From the NCBI GenBank assembly GCA_044433545.1, contig JAWXTO010000001.1, forward strand, positions 1 to 45,539: a DNA stretch of 45,539 nt, in the 5' to 3' direction. A program made the translations under genes and the position numbers. Below are positions 19,559 to 29,513 of the stretch, in pieces. Below the pieces are notes generated by a model, which worked only from the letters and a program-made list of their open reading frames with translations, was not told the origin of the DNA and did not search any database. Position 1 is the first letter of the stretch, and each line of letters starts with the position of its first letter. Origin of the DNA: Rikenellaceae bacterium (GTDB lineage: Bacteria; Bacteroidota; Bacteroidia; Bacteroidales; Rikenellaceae).

Positions 19559-20482
19559 TTATTTTATTAACATTTCTCTTTCTAACATTTCTGTTTTATG
19601 AAGTTTTATCAATAGTTCTTTCAACGCCTTGTGGATATTATGCTTAAAGAAAGTTTTCGATGTTGCCATAGATATTCTTCTGTAAGCAAATTCGCTGTTT
19701 AATTCACGTAAACGCAATTTTTGTTCCTTACTTAACGTATTAACAGCCATTTCAGGAATTATTGTGACATTATTTGTATTGTCTACAACTCTCATTAAAG
19801 TCTCTAACGAGCCACTTTCAAAGCGTAAATTTCGACCTTTTGGAGCAATTATTCCACACAAGTCGACAATTTGAGTGCGCAAACAGTGACCATCAGACAA
19901 CAACATCATTTGTGTAGAGTCAATCTCCTCAACATTCACATTTTTCTTTTTGTATAAAGCATTTTTGTCTGAACAATACAACAAAAATCTATCATTATAA
20001 ATATCCTGTTCTACGATTGTGTTGCCAGGCATAAAACCGCCAGCTAAAATAGCAATATCTATTTTGTCTTTTTCTAAAGCGTCAATAATATTAGGGGTCG
20101 TCATCTCTTTAACCTCTAAAGTCACCTCTTTATATTCATTTGCAAAAATTGGAGCAAATTTTGGAATCAAATAAGGCGCAATAGTAGGAATTACAGCAAC
20201 TCTAATATTTCCTTTGTAAGTATTTTTCATCACATTTACAGATTCTTTTATAGAATAAAAATCTGCAATCACACGTTTCGCATTTTCCACAACCACCTTT
20301 CCAACTTCTGTCAATTGAAACTGTTTTACGTTTCTATTTATGAGAATAACTCCAAGCTCAGCCTCAAGATTTTTAATTTGAGTGCTAAGAGAGGGCTGAG
20401 TAACACAACAATGCTCTGAAGCTGCTGAGAAACTCTCATAATTGGCAATCGCTACCAAATATTCCAATTGTACGATGGTCAT
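19559..20482 (-). CDS. oxyR: LysR-family regulator, OxyR-like
   Basis: N-terminal LysR HTH. GHCLRTQIVDLC has two Cys 9 residues apart, matching the C199/C208 spacing of E. coli OxyR. Adjacent to trxB. Confidence 0.8.
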   Translation of the reverse strand: MTIVQLEYLVAIANYESFSAASEHCCVTQPSLSTQIKNLEAELGVILINRNVKQFQLTEVGKVVVENAKRVIADFYSIKESVNVMKNTYKGNIRVAVIPTIAPYLIPKFAPIFANEYKEVTLEVKEMTTPNIIDALEKDKIDIAILAGGFMPGNTIVEQDIYNDRFLLYCSDKNALYKKKNVNVEEIDSTQMMLLSDGHCLRTQIVDLCGIIAPKGRNLRFESGSLETLMRVVDNTNNVTIIPEMAVNTLSKEQKLRLRELNSEFAYRRISMATSKTFFKHNIHKALKELLIKLHKTEMLEREMLIK

Positions 20483-20508
20483 AAAGTCACTTATTTAAGA
20501 TTTACTTA

Positions 20509-20516
20509 CAAAGATA
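20509..20516 (-). promoter_or_regulatory. candidate -7 box TATCTTTG (minus strand) upstream of oxyR
   Basis: The plus strand reads CAAAGATA, about 27 nt upstream of the oxyR ATG. Confidence 0.4.
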
Positions 20517-20559
20517 GTAAGTTTATGCTATTTTTTTATTTTTTTTCACATAATTAATC

Positions 20560-20567
20560 TATTTTTG
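20560..20567 (+). promoter_or_regulatory. candidate -7 box TATTTTTG upstream of queD
   Basis: Exact TAnnTTTG match, followed by ATAG-N7-CTAT at 20575-20589. Confidence 0.35.
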
Positions 20568-20632
20568 TGGTAAAATAGGGAATTTCTATTTTAAGAGGAA
20601 TTCTAATTTAGAGTTCTATAACACCAGAGATA

Positions 20633-21088
20633 ATGAAAAACAAAATTAGATTAACAAAAGAGTTCTCTTTTGAAATGGCTCACGCACTAGAGGGTTACGA
20701 CGGTGCATGCAAACATATACACGGACATTCTTACAGGATGTTCATAACGGTTATAGGCTCTCCAGTAGAGGACGAAACAAATCCTAAATATGGAATGGTA
20801 ATGGATTTCGGACAATTAAAGAAAATGGTAAATTCTTTAATTGTTGACAGGTATGACCACACTTTAGTTCTTAGATACAAAAAAGAAAAAAAAGCATTTT
20901 TAGACTCTATTGTTAATGAATATGAAAAAGTTGAAATCGTAGATTATCAACCTACATGCGAAAATATGATTTGTTATTTTGCAGAGTTAATATCTGCTGC
21001 TCTGCCCGAAAATGTATCATTACACCACATAAAACTGCACGAAACGGCAACAAGCTATGCAGAATGGTACGCCTCAGATAACGAATAA
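20633..21088 (+). CDS. queD: 6-carboxytetrahydropterin synthase
   Basis: CKHIHGHSY (Cx3HGH) motif and family-typical size. Confidence 0.9.
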   Translation: MKNKIRLTKEFSFEMAHALEGYDGACKHIHGHSYRMFITVIGSPVEDETNPKYGMVMDFGQLKKMVNSLIVDRYDHTLVLRYKKEKKAFLDSIVNEYEKVEIVDYQPTCENMICYFAELISAALPENVSLHHIKLHETATSYAEWYASDNE

Positions 21089-21139
21089 TAAAAACATAAG
21101 GAGAATGTATCTCCTTCACAAAATATATAGCCATACAAT

Positions 21140-24043
21140 ATGAAAAAATTATATCTTATAGACGCTTACGCTCTAATTTTCAAGTTCCATTATGCCCTTA
21201 TCTCTCGCCCTATGCGAAATAAGGACGGACTTAACACGTCGGCTATATTTGGATTCACAAAATTTATAAACAACATCATAACACGTGAAAAACCTCAATA
21301 TTTAGGTGTCGCATTTGACCCTAAAGGAGGTAATTTCCGTCATAAACTGTTCCCTGAATATAAGGCAAATCGTGCTGAAACCCCAGAAGACATTATTGCA
21401 GCAACTCCTCACATAAAAAGGATACTTGAAGCTATGAAAATTCCTATTTTAGAGGTCGCAGGCTATGAAGCTGACGACGTGATAGGAACTATAGCTACAA
21501 AGGCAGCATGTAATGACTTTGAAGTATTTATGGTTACACCTGACAAAGATTACGGTCAGCTTATTCAAGAATGTTGTTACATGTATAAGCCATCTCGCAA
21601 AGGCGAAGGCATCGAAATTGTCGGATTAGACGAACTTTATGAACACTATGGAATTAGAGATTCTAAATTAATCATAGATATACTTGCTCTTTGGGGTGAC
21701 GTTGCGGACAATGTGCCAGGTGTGCCAGGAATAGGCGAAAAAACTGCCGTTAAGCTAGTCAATGAATATGGCACAGTTGAAAGCATACTTAATTCTACGG
21801 ATAAATTAAAAGGAAAACTAAAAGAAAACCTAGAAAATAGTGTAGAAACACTAAAACTGTCAAAAACACTAGTTACTATTGACTGTAATGTGCCTATAGA
21901 ATTTAATGCTGAGTCTTTATACATTGACGAACCAGATTATGAGCTTCTTCGTAACATTTACACAGAAATGAACTTTTCATCATTAATTTCAGATCTTCAG
22001 ATGTGGCAACACTCTAAAGATATGATTAGTTTTGATGAAAATCCTGGTAGAGAGGTGACCGCAGAAGAATGTGGGTACACAGGAGAGGTTATGTTATCAC
22101 TTTTTGATGATGTGCCTAACGTAGAATATAACAAAACTGACAAAAAAGAGATAAAACAAGAGGCTAGCACTCAAATTATATCTCAAACAAATCAATCTTT
22201 ATTCGACTTTGAACAAGAGGAGTCGTTAAAAAACATAAAAAACACAAATCACACATATATTACTCTTTCAGACGTAAATTCAGTTAAACAAATAGCCACA
22301 ATTTTGTCTATGAAAAGCGAATTTGCATTTGACACAGAAACTACAGGTCTTAACACAATTAGTGATTCTCTTGTTGGACTTTCTATTTCTTATGAACCTC
22401 ATAAAGCATATTACATACCGTTGAACGCACATCACAGAGAGTCAACAATTGAATTATTAGAACCTTTAAGAGCAGTTTTAGAGTCTGAAAAAATCACTAA
22501 AATTGGTCAAAACATAAAATTTGACATTTCAATGTTAAATTCTTATGGATTTAATGTTGGAGGCTTTTTAGTTGACACTATGTTGTTACATTATTTGTTA
22601 GATAGTGACAGCCGCCATTCTATGGATTATCTAAGTGAGAAATATCTTAACTATAAGCCAATTTCTATTGAAGAATTGCTAGGTAAAGGGGCTAAGAAAA
22701 TGACTATGGATATGGTTTCAGTCGACATCGTTAGCGAATATGCTGCCGAAGATGCTGATGTGACATTTTTGTTAAAGCAAATCTTATGGAAAGAGTGCGA
22801 AAAAGAGAATTTAATAGAAATTTATCGCACTATTGAAGAGCCTTTAATTAATGTATTGAATGCTATGGAGCGAAACGGTGTTACTATTGACACAAAATCG
22901 CTAAAAACATTCAGTGTAGAGCTACAAGAAAAGGCAGACGCTATAGAAAAGAAGATTAAAGACCTTGCTGAAAATCCAGCAATAAATATCAATTCAGCAA
23001 AACAGATAGGCGAATTACTATTTGATAAACTAAAGATAGTCGACAAGCCTAAGCGTACTAAAACAAAACAATATAAAACAGACGAAGAATATCTACAATC
23101 TCTTTCTGACAAACATCCAGTCATTGAAGATATTTTAGAGTATAGAGGCATTAAAAAGCTGCTAACAACCTATGTTGACGCACTTCCTTTGCTTGTAAAC
23201 CCTAAAACTAATCGCATACACACAACTTACAATCAAGCTGTGGCATCTACAGGGCGTTTAAGCTCTACAAATCCGAATTTACAGAATATTCCTATTCGTG
23301 ACGACAGCGGTAAAAACATCCGTAAAGCATTTGTAGCATGTGACGACGACCATTTATTGATAAGTGCTGACTATTCGCAAATTGAGCTTCGTATTATGGC
23401 ATCTTTGAGTAAAGACAGCGCACTAATAGAGGCTTTTAATAACGGTGAGGACATTCACAGAGCTACAGCAGCAAAAATATTCGGCAAAGAGCTTTCAGAG
23501 GTCACTGACGACGAAAGACGTAAAGCAAAAACAGCGAACTTTGGTATCATTTATGGAATTTCAGCATTTGGACTTGCCGAAAGATTAAACATCTCTCGAA
23601 AAGAAGCCAAAGAACTTATTGACGGCTATTTTATGTCTTATCCTGGAGTTAAAGACTATATGGACAAGGCTGTTGATGATGCTCGTAAGGTTGGCTATGT
23701 TGAAACTATCTTTGGACGACGAAAACAACTTAACGACATCAATTCTCCGAATGCAATAGTTCGTGGATATGCAGAAAGAAACGCCATAAATGCTCCTATT
23801 CAAGGCAGTGCAGCAGACATTATCAAAATTGCAATGATAAAATTGTTTGAAGCTTTACAACACGAAATGCCAGAGGCTAAGATGTTAATGCAGGTGCACG
23901 ATGAATTGATAATAGAGTTTAAAAAGGAAGATAAAGATAAAATTTCTCAAATTGTTGTAGATTCTATGGAAAATGCTGTAAATTTGGCTGTGAAAATGGT
24001 CGCTGAATTTGGAATTTCTGACAACTGGCTAGGCGCACACTAA
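21140..24043 (+). CDS. polA: DNA polymerase I
   Basis: 5'-nuclease domain, 3'-5' exonuclease domain (FDTETTGL), and polymerase motifs DYSQIELR, RRKAKTANFGIIYG and QVHDEL. Confidence 0.97.
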   Translation: MKKLYLIDAYALIFKFHYALISRPMRNKDGLNTSAIFGFTKFINNIITREKPQYLGVAFDPKGGNFRHKLFPEYKANRAETPEDIIAATPHIKRILEAMKIPILEVAGYEADDVIGTIATKAACNDFEVFMVTPDKDYGQLIQECCYMYKPSRKGEGIEIVGLDELYEHYGIRDSKLIIDILALWGDVADNVPGVPGIGEKTAVKLVNEYGTVESILNSTDKLKGKLKENLENSVETLKLSKTLVTIDCNVPIEFNAESLYIDEPDYELLRNIYTEMNFSSLISDLQMWQHSKDMISFDENPGREVTAEECGYTGEVMLSLFDDVPNVEYNKTDKKEIKQEASTQIISQTNQSLFDFEQEESLKNIKNTNHTYITLSDVNSVKQIATILSMKSEFAFDTETTGLNTISDSLVGLSISYEPHKAYYIPLNAHHRESTIELLEPLRAVLESEKITKIGQNIKFDISMLNSYGFNVGGFLVDTMLLHYLLDSDSRHSMDYLSEKYLNYKPISIEELLGKGAKKMTMDMVSVDIVSEYAAEDADVTFLLKQILWKECEKENLIEIYRTIEEPLINVLNAMERNGVTIDTKSLKTFSVELQEKADAIEKKIKDLAENPAININSAKQIGELLFDKLKIVDKPKRTKTKQYKTDEEYLQSLSDKHPVIEDILEYRGIKKLLTTYVDALPLLVNPKTNRIHTTYNQAVASTGRLSSTNPNLQNIPIRDDSGKNIRKAFVACDDDHLLISADYSQIELRIMASLSKDSALIEAFNNGEDIHRATAAKIFGKELSEVTDDERRKAKTANFGIIYGISAFGLAERLNISRKEAKELIDGYFMSYPGVKDYMDKAVDDARKVGYVETIFGRRKQLNDINSPNAIVRGYAERNAINAPIQGSAADIIKIAMIKLFEALQHEMPEAKMLMQVHDELIIEFKKEDKDKISQIVVDSMENAVNLAVKMVAEFGISDNWLGAH

Positions 24044-24083
24044 AAATTACCCTATATTGATTATAAATTTAAAAATATAAATT

Positions 24084-24899
24084 ATGATTTCGTTTATTGA
24101 TTGGAATGTCGACCCTGTAATATTCTCAATAGGAAGCTACGATTTGTTGTACTACTCTTTAAGTTGGGCAATAGCATTTATTTTGGCAATGTGGGTATTT
24201 TCAAAAATGTTAAAAAGAGAAAAACTGAACCCAAAATTGCTGGATTCAGCATTTATGTATGCCTTTATCTCGACAGTTGTGGGCGCACGTTTAGGTCACT
24301 GTTTATTTTATGAATTTGACACATATATTGCCGACCCTATCCGCATTTTAAACATTAGAGAAGGAGGACTTGCTTCGCACGGAGCAGCATTTGGACTATT
24401 ATTAGGTTTATGGCTGTTCTCTAAAAAGAACAAAATGAAATACATCTGGACATTAGACCATATTGTAACATTAATTCCGTTAAGTGGAGCATGTATCAGA
24501 ATTGGTAACCTTATGAACTCTGAAATTTACGGAAATCCTACTGGTAGCGACTTCGGATTTAGATTTATTGAAAATATATGGCAATGGAAAGCAGGCGCAG
24601 AGCCTATTTACTCGCTTCCTTCACATCCTACACAGATTTATGAAGCAGCGATATACATCGCATTATTCGCCGTACTGCTTTATATGTACTATAAGGACGC
24701 TACAATAAAATATCCTGGGCTTATTTTTGGGGTATTTTTAATCTGGCTATTTGGAGGCAGGTTAATTATTGAATTTATCAAACTTCCTCAAGTTAGTTTT
24801 GAGTCAATGATGACTTTAAACATGGGACAAATATTAAGTGTACCATTTATTATTTTAGGTATCGTAATTATGAATTTATCACTGCGTAAAAAGCTTTAA
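24084..24899 (+). CDS. lgt: prolipoprotein diacylglyceryl transferase
   Basis: Polytopic membrane protein with REGGLASHGAAFG and HPTQIYE motifs. Confidence 0.92.
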   Translation: MISFIDWNVDPVIFSIGSYDLLYYSLSWAIAFILAMWVFSKMLKREKLNPKLLDSAFMYAFISTVVGARLGHCLFYEFDTYIADPIRILNIREGGLASHGAAFGLLLGLWLFSKKNKMKYIWTLDHIVTLIPLSGACIRIGNLMNSEIYGNPTGSDFGFRFIENIWQWKAGAEPIYSLPSHPTQIYEAAIYIALFAVLLYMYYKDATIKYPGLIFGVFLIWLFGGRLIIEFIKLPQVSFESMMTLNMGQILSVPFIILGIVIMNLSLRKKL

Positions 24900-24902
24900 T
24901 TT

Positions 24903-25835
24903 ATGACGAAAGAGGAAATTAACTATGTAAATGAACTCATTTTTGCGACTTTAGCTCAATATAAAAGCATACATATTGACAACTTTGGTTCTTTGAAGTG
25001 CGTTCTAAAACCTACGAACAAAAACTATAGCCAAAGTGTTAATGAAGCACCAAAATATGAGGTATTTTACACTAAAGACGTTATTGGGGACAGCATCTCT
25101 AAATTTATAATAGAAAAAACAGATTGCGCACCTAAAGAGGCTAAAGAAATCGTAGCAGAATGGCTAACAGACATCAAAAACGAAGCTGACGAGAAAGCGT
25201 TCTATGAAATTAGTGGTGTTGGCGTTATTGTTGACAAGGGAGAAGATAAAAAAGTGTTTATTTGTGACAAAAAGATGCTTTCTATACTTGAACCTGTGAC
25301 TATCAAAGGGATAAAAACAAACACTACACCTACTGTAGCCGCTGACACCGTAAAGCCAAATACATCTAAAAAGAACTTGAAAGGCATATTTATTATTGCT
25401 GGAGTTCTAATTCTTGCTTTAGGGTTATATTTTATTGCTCCGAGGCTATTTTGCAACCAAAACAGCGAATATGTAGCTGTTATAGACACTGTAAAAATCG
25501 ACGAGGCTAAAGAAGCTGAAGAGGCGTTAGCTATTGAACGAGCGGCAAAAGAAAAAGAGGAGAAAGAAAAGGCTGAAAGAGAATTAGCTGAGAAAAACGC
25601 TAAAAAAGAGGGGTATTATGTCATTGTAAGCACATTCAAAATCAAAGAAAATGCTGAGAAAGAATTGGCAAAAATGACTAAAATCGAAAAAAATGCCCAA
25701 CTTTTAGAGGTTCCTGAACATGGTGTAACTCCTTATTTCATCTCTATAGACAAATATAACACTTATGAAGAAGCCCGCATACGTATGAATAATTCAACTT
25801 ATCAAAATACGTGGGTTTATCACTTTCAGAACTAA
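24903..25835 (+). CDS. SPOR-domain membrane protein with a K/E-rich coiled-coil linker
   Basis: One TM helix, a KEAEEALAIERAAKEKEEKEKAERE tract, and a C-terminal SPOR-like segment (GYYVIVSTFKIKENAEKEL). Confidence 0.8.
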   Translation: MTKEEINYVNELIFATLAQYKSIHIDNFGSLKCVLKPTNKNYSQSVNEAPKYEVFYTKDVIGDSISKFIIEKTDCAPKEAKEIVAEWLTDIKNEADEKAFYEISGVGVIVDKGEDKKVFICDKKMLSILEPVTIKGIKTNTTPTVAADTVKPNTSKKNLKGIFIIAGVLILALGLYFIAPRLFCNQNSEYVAVIDTVKIDEAKEAEEALAIERAAKEKEEKEKAERELAEKNAKKEGYYVIVSTFKIKENAEKELAKMTKIEKNAQLLEVPEHGVTPYFISIDKYNTYEEARIRMNNSTYQNTWVYHFQN

Positions 25836-25856
25836 AAACGTGTTTCGCTAAATATT

Positions 25857-25894
25857 AAAAAAGTTCGCAAATCTTATGATTTGCGAACTTTTTT
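25857..25894. terminator. bidirectional terminator between convergent genes
   Basis: AAAAAAGTTCGCAAAT / ATTTGCGAACTTTTTT, a 16-bp perfect stem. Confidence 0.75.
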
Positions 25895-25933
25895 AATGAG
25901 GCTGTTTCTAAAAATCTCGTTTTGAGAGTGTGC

Positions 25934-27700
25934 TTATTTGTTGTACGTTGCTATACCACCACGTTGGCTATCAACAGTGATACTATATTTAGAATCACCA
26001 CTTATTATCCACCTTACAGTTACATAAGAATTGCCTGAAATGTTATCAACTATAAGTTTTTCAGGGTTGTTCTTTTGCTCTTTATAATTTCCGAAAATTT
26101 GCTCTCTTGTTGTGCCTAATTTAGGGTCTGTAACTATCATTCCTGCAACTACATTTGCTCCCTCTAACTTAATCCAATCTGGTCTTGAAATTTTGTTTTT
26201 TAAATCCCAGTCAGAATGTGTTGGCATCAAACGACTGTTAGAAATCACAGCAGTAACCTCTTTTAATCCACCACCTAAAGCCTTTTCTGTAACAGAATCA
26301 ACAGAAAGTTTAGGAGTGTGATAACAGTGTAGGATAGTAAATGCCATGTTTCTGTGAGCTGCTGACTCTAACAAGAAGCCAGGATGTATTCTGCTAAAGT
26401 TTTTCTTAACGCCACCCACTTCAATAGTGCCAAATTGAGGGTGCTCAACCTCTTTCCAATCGACCATACCATCATTGAACAACAACAATTTGTCAAATTC
26501 ATATTGTTGGTCTGAAGCGTCGCCCTTATATTGACCATTAAACATGTCAAATTTGCTATATAACTCATTGCAGTACGTAAACATGCCCATACCTAAGCCC
26601 ATGTAGTCAATGTCGCTACCAACAGTTGTGTATAAGTCTTCATAAATAACATATTGTTTATATCCAGGAATCATTTCTTCACCTTTAGAGGCGATATAGT
26701 TATAAACTGCCATGTCGTTTTTGTTTACGCTTTTAGCATCGTCAATAGCACCAGGAGGCGTTAGAATCATACCACCCGAATTGTGATAAGTTTGACCTGC
26801 GCCAATGTTAGGATGTGCGTGTAAGAAGTCAACGATGTTTCTGTTCTCTACAATCGACATAGGGTATTTATAAGAACCTCCTTGAAGATAGTTTGGCTCC
26901 CAACCATACCCAAAGTTTCTGTTTGGGTCATATCCACCGATGCCATCTTCATTGATTTTGCCATCGCCATCATTATCAAAACCTTCATAACCTAAGATTT
27001 CGTATTCGCCTTTCTGGTCTGGAGCGACTTCAATCATCTTTCTTGAATCTTTAGGGTCTTCAATATAGCGACCATTGCTGCTTTTACGTCTCATTTGAAC
27101 GATATTCCCATCATTGTCAAAGTCGTCATAACCGTCTTCATCAATGTAGCCATCTCTGTCAATATCAATAGGAATCATACCAGCTCTAGGCGAGTGAGGA
27201 GTGTTCGCTCCATACATAAAATACTCTCTAGCATCAGGATTAATTGTTGGAACTATATAAAATGTTTTGTCTTTTAACAACTCTTGGATAAATTCGTTAG
27301 AGGCGTGCATTTCTGTTAAATACCAAGCTGTGTATAATGCCATTGTTGTTGCTTGAATCTCATTTGAGTGGATGTTTGCAAAAATCATCATACCAGGTTT
27401 TTGATCAGGGTCACCGCTTTTAGAATCTGAGATTGTCAATCCCCACATTTCGTTGCCTTCATAAGATTTACCTATAGAATAAACCTTTGCAAGGTCAGGA
27501 TATGCAGCAGCAATTTCTTTACATAAAGCCTCAATTTGGTTTAAATTTCGGTAATAATTCCAAGTAGCTTTAACTTTAGGGTTGGCAGGGCTGCCCGATG
27601 CCGCAAAAAATTCATTAATTGGCAGTCTTTTCTGTGCATCAGCATAATTAACTGCAAATACACCACATATCGTAATAAGTAATAGTAACTTTTTCATCAT
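25934..27700 (-). CDS. M14 family zinc carboxypeptidase (secreted)
   Basis: Signal peptide, canonical HSNE (HxxE) zinc motif, a later YHNSGG His, and D-x-D-x-DG-type acidic inserts. Confidence 0.9.
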   Translation of the reverse strand: MMKKLLLLITICGVFAVNYADAQKRLPINEFFAASGSPANPKVKATWNYYRNLNQIEALCKEIAAAYPDLAKVYSIGKSYEGNEMWGLTISDSKSGDPDQKPGMMIFANIHSNEIQATTMALYTAWYLTEMHASNEFIQELLKDKTFYIVPTINPDAREYFMYGANTPHSPRAGMIPIDIDRDGYIDEDGYDDFDNDGNIVQMRRKSSNGRYIEDPKDSRKMIEVAPDQKGEYEILGYEGFDNDGDGKINEDGIGGYDPNRNFGYGWEPNYLQGGSYKYPMSIVENRNIVDFLHAHPNIGAGQTYHNSGGMILTPPGAIDDAKSVNKNDMAVYNYIASKGEEMIPGYKQYVIYEDLYTTVGSDIDYMGLGMGMFTYCNELYSKFDMFNGQYKGDASDQQYEFDKLLLFNDGMVDWKEVEHPQFGTIEVGGVKKNFSRIHPGFLLESAAHRNMAFTILHCYHTPKLSVDSVTEKALGGGLKEVTAVISNSRLMPTHSDWDLKNKISRPDWIKLEGANVVAGMIVTDPKLGTTREQIFGNYKEQKNNPEKLIVDNISGNSYVTVRWIISGDSKYSITVDSQRGGIATYNK

Positions 27701-27709
27701 AATTAGGGT

Positions 27710-29335
27710 TTAAAGAGTTATAATTTCTGATACATATCCACTTTGAGGACAACCTGCTTCCATTTCAAACTTGCCTTTACCTTGAATTAGCCAGCTGAAC
27801 TCTTCGGCTTGACCAGCATCTAAAGAAGGGATAGTAAGAATTCTATTTCCTTGAATTAAAGTCTGATTGTCAAGCTTTAATTCAATTCTAACATATTTCG
27901 TAAAGTAAGATTGAAGACCTATAGCAGTTGCAGTAGACATTTGACCTTCGTTTACAATTTTTGCGCTTATTCTATATACTCCCTTGCCAATTTCTTCACT
28001 TTTTACAGTTAGTTTTAAAGAAGGTTTCAATTCAATAATTTCAGCTACAGTTTTGATTGCAGCGTCAATTTGTGTTTCGATAAGGTTTAGAGGGGGAGTA
28101 AACATCACATAAGGTTTTAGTGAGCCTACTTCAACGTTTTCGCCTTTAAAGTCAGGGTGCTCAATAACAGTCCAGTCTACAGCACAGTCTGTTATGCTGT
28201 TTTTGTCTGCCCATTTCAAGAATGCGGCTTCTCGGCTGTCTCTACAGCAGTCTTTTTCGTCTATACTCCAAACTGTTGTGCCAAAACTATTTCTTCCATA
28301 GTGATAATATGCCCATTCTAAGAAGTTGCCATCTAATGTAGGTTCAGCCATAATGTTATTAGCTGTAGTGTCGTTCGCTTGATAAATTTCACTTACTTTT
28401 TTCGCTAATAAGTTGTCTCCATCAAAACAAAATTTGCTAGCATTGCTATCTTTTGGTGCATCTACAGCTTTTCTTGTTTTGTAAACATAAGCTTTAGGTT
28501 CACACATGTTTTCGTTAGTTCCAAAAGTCACCACAGTGTGAATATTGAAAGCGTCATACATAAAATCTAGTAGTGCTCTATTCTCTACCTCAGAAACGGC
28601 ATAATTTCCGCTCTCAGGTTTCCAGTTTTTATATCCAAAAGTGAAGTTTCTGTTTAAGTTTACGCCATCTTCACCGTCTTCATTAATTAGACCGTCACCA
28701 TCATTGTCTATGCCCTCAGTAAATAGCTTATAAACGCCCTTTTCTCCTTTTGAAGGGTCTGCTTTAATGACTATTCTTGAATCACCAGGGTGTTTAATGT
28801 ATTCGCCACCTTCGGTTTCGACAATCATAGCCGTAATTAATCCGTTGCCATCTAAGTCGTCAACGCCATCTTCACTCATAAGTCCATCTCTATCGTTATC
28901 ATATAAAGATTTTGTCCTTGCGCACTCATACTGCACTTTAGCAAAGTAGTTTTCTGTAGCATCAGGGTTCACACACGGAAATACATATACCGTGTTTTCA
29001 GCTAGAAATTCGTTAGCGTCTGCTCTAGATAAAAATCCTTCGACAAGTCTCACAGAACTTTCAATTCCGACAAAGTGGCGAGCATCGACACCAGCTACAA
29101 CAGCAACAGCAGGGTGGTTTGCGACATCGCCTTTGCCAAGTGTCACGACCCATACATCATTAGAAGAAGGAGTTTTGGCAATAGATTCCATTTTTGCCAT
29201 TTCAGGATATTTGCTTACGATTTTAGATAAGCGATCCTTTATCTCTTTAGGTGTTGAATATTCACTTTGAGCAAATAGAGTGCTTGATGTGAACATCCCT
29301 ACACAAAAAAGTAGATAGGTAGTAATCTTTTTCAT
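27710..29335 (-). CDS. M14-like paralog with a non-canonical first zinc motif (DARH in place of HxxE)
   Basis: Signal peptide. Collinear with the upstream paralog, including the DNDGDG.INEDG inserts and the NRNF segment. Confidence 0.85.
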   Translation of the reverse strand: MKKITTYLLFCVGMFTSSTLFAQSEYSTPKEIKDRLSKIVSKYPEMAKMESIAKTPSSNDVWVVTLGKGDVANHPAVAVVAGVDARHFVGIESSVRLVEGFLSRADANEFLAENTVYVFPCVNPDATENYFAKVQYECARTKSLYDNDRDGLMSEDGVDDLDGNGLITAMIVETEGGEYIKHPGDSRIVIKADPSKGEKGVYKLFTEGIDNDGDGLINEDGEDGVNLNRNFTFGYKNWKPESGNYAVSEVENRALLDFMYDAFNIHTVVTFGTNENMCEPKAYVYKTRKAVDAPKDSNASKFCFDGDNLLAKKVSEIYQANDTTANNIMAEPTLDGNFLEWAYYHYGRNSFGTTVWSIDEKDCCRDSREAAFLKWADKNSITDCAVDWTVIEHPDFKGENVEVGSLKPYVMFTPPLNLIETQIDAAIKTVAEIIELKPSLKLTVKSEEIGKGVYRISAKIVNEGQMSTATAIGLQSYFTKYVRIELKLDNQTLIQGNRILTIPSLDAGQAEEFSWLIQGKGKFEMEAGCPQSGYVSEIITL

Positions 29336-29410
29336 ACATTTATTGTTATTAGTTTTCTAGAATTTTAAAATTTTGACAAGATTTTGGGTTTTCATACGTA
29401 TCTTATGTCA

Positions 29411-29418
29411 CAAATGTA
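29411..29418 (-). promoter_or_regulatory. candidate -7 box TACATTTG (minus strand) for the M14 gene pair
   Basis: The plus strand reads CAAATGTA, about 76 nt upstream of the start at 29335. Confidence 0.4.
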
Positions 29419-29443
29419 GTTAAAAATAACTAGTTGATACGAA

Positions 29444-29484
29444 AATCCCTTATTTTGTACAGAAATTTGACAAAATAAGGGATT
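29444..29484 (-). terminator. intrinsic terminator downstream of tadA
   Basis: Perfect 15-bp stem AATCCCTTATTTTGT / ACAAAATAAGGGATT. The minus-strand reading is followed by TTTTCG. Confidence 0.65.
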
Positions 29485-29513
29485 GTTGATATAATCTTTT
29501 ACAAAAATGAGAT

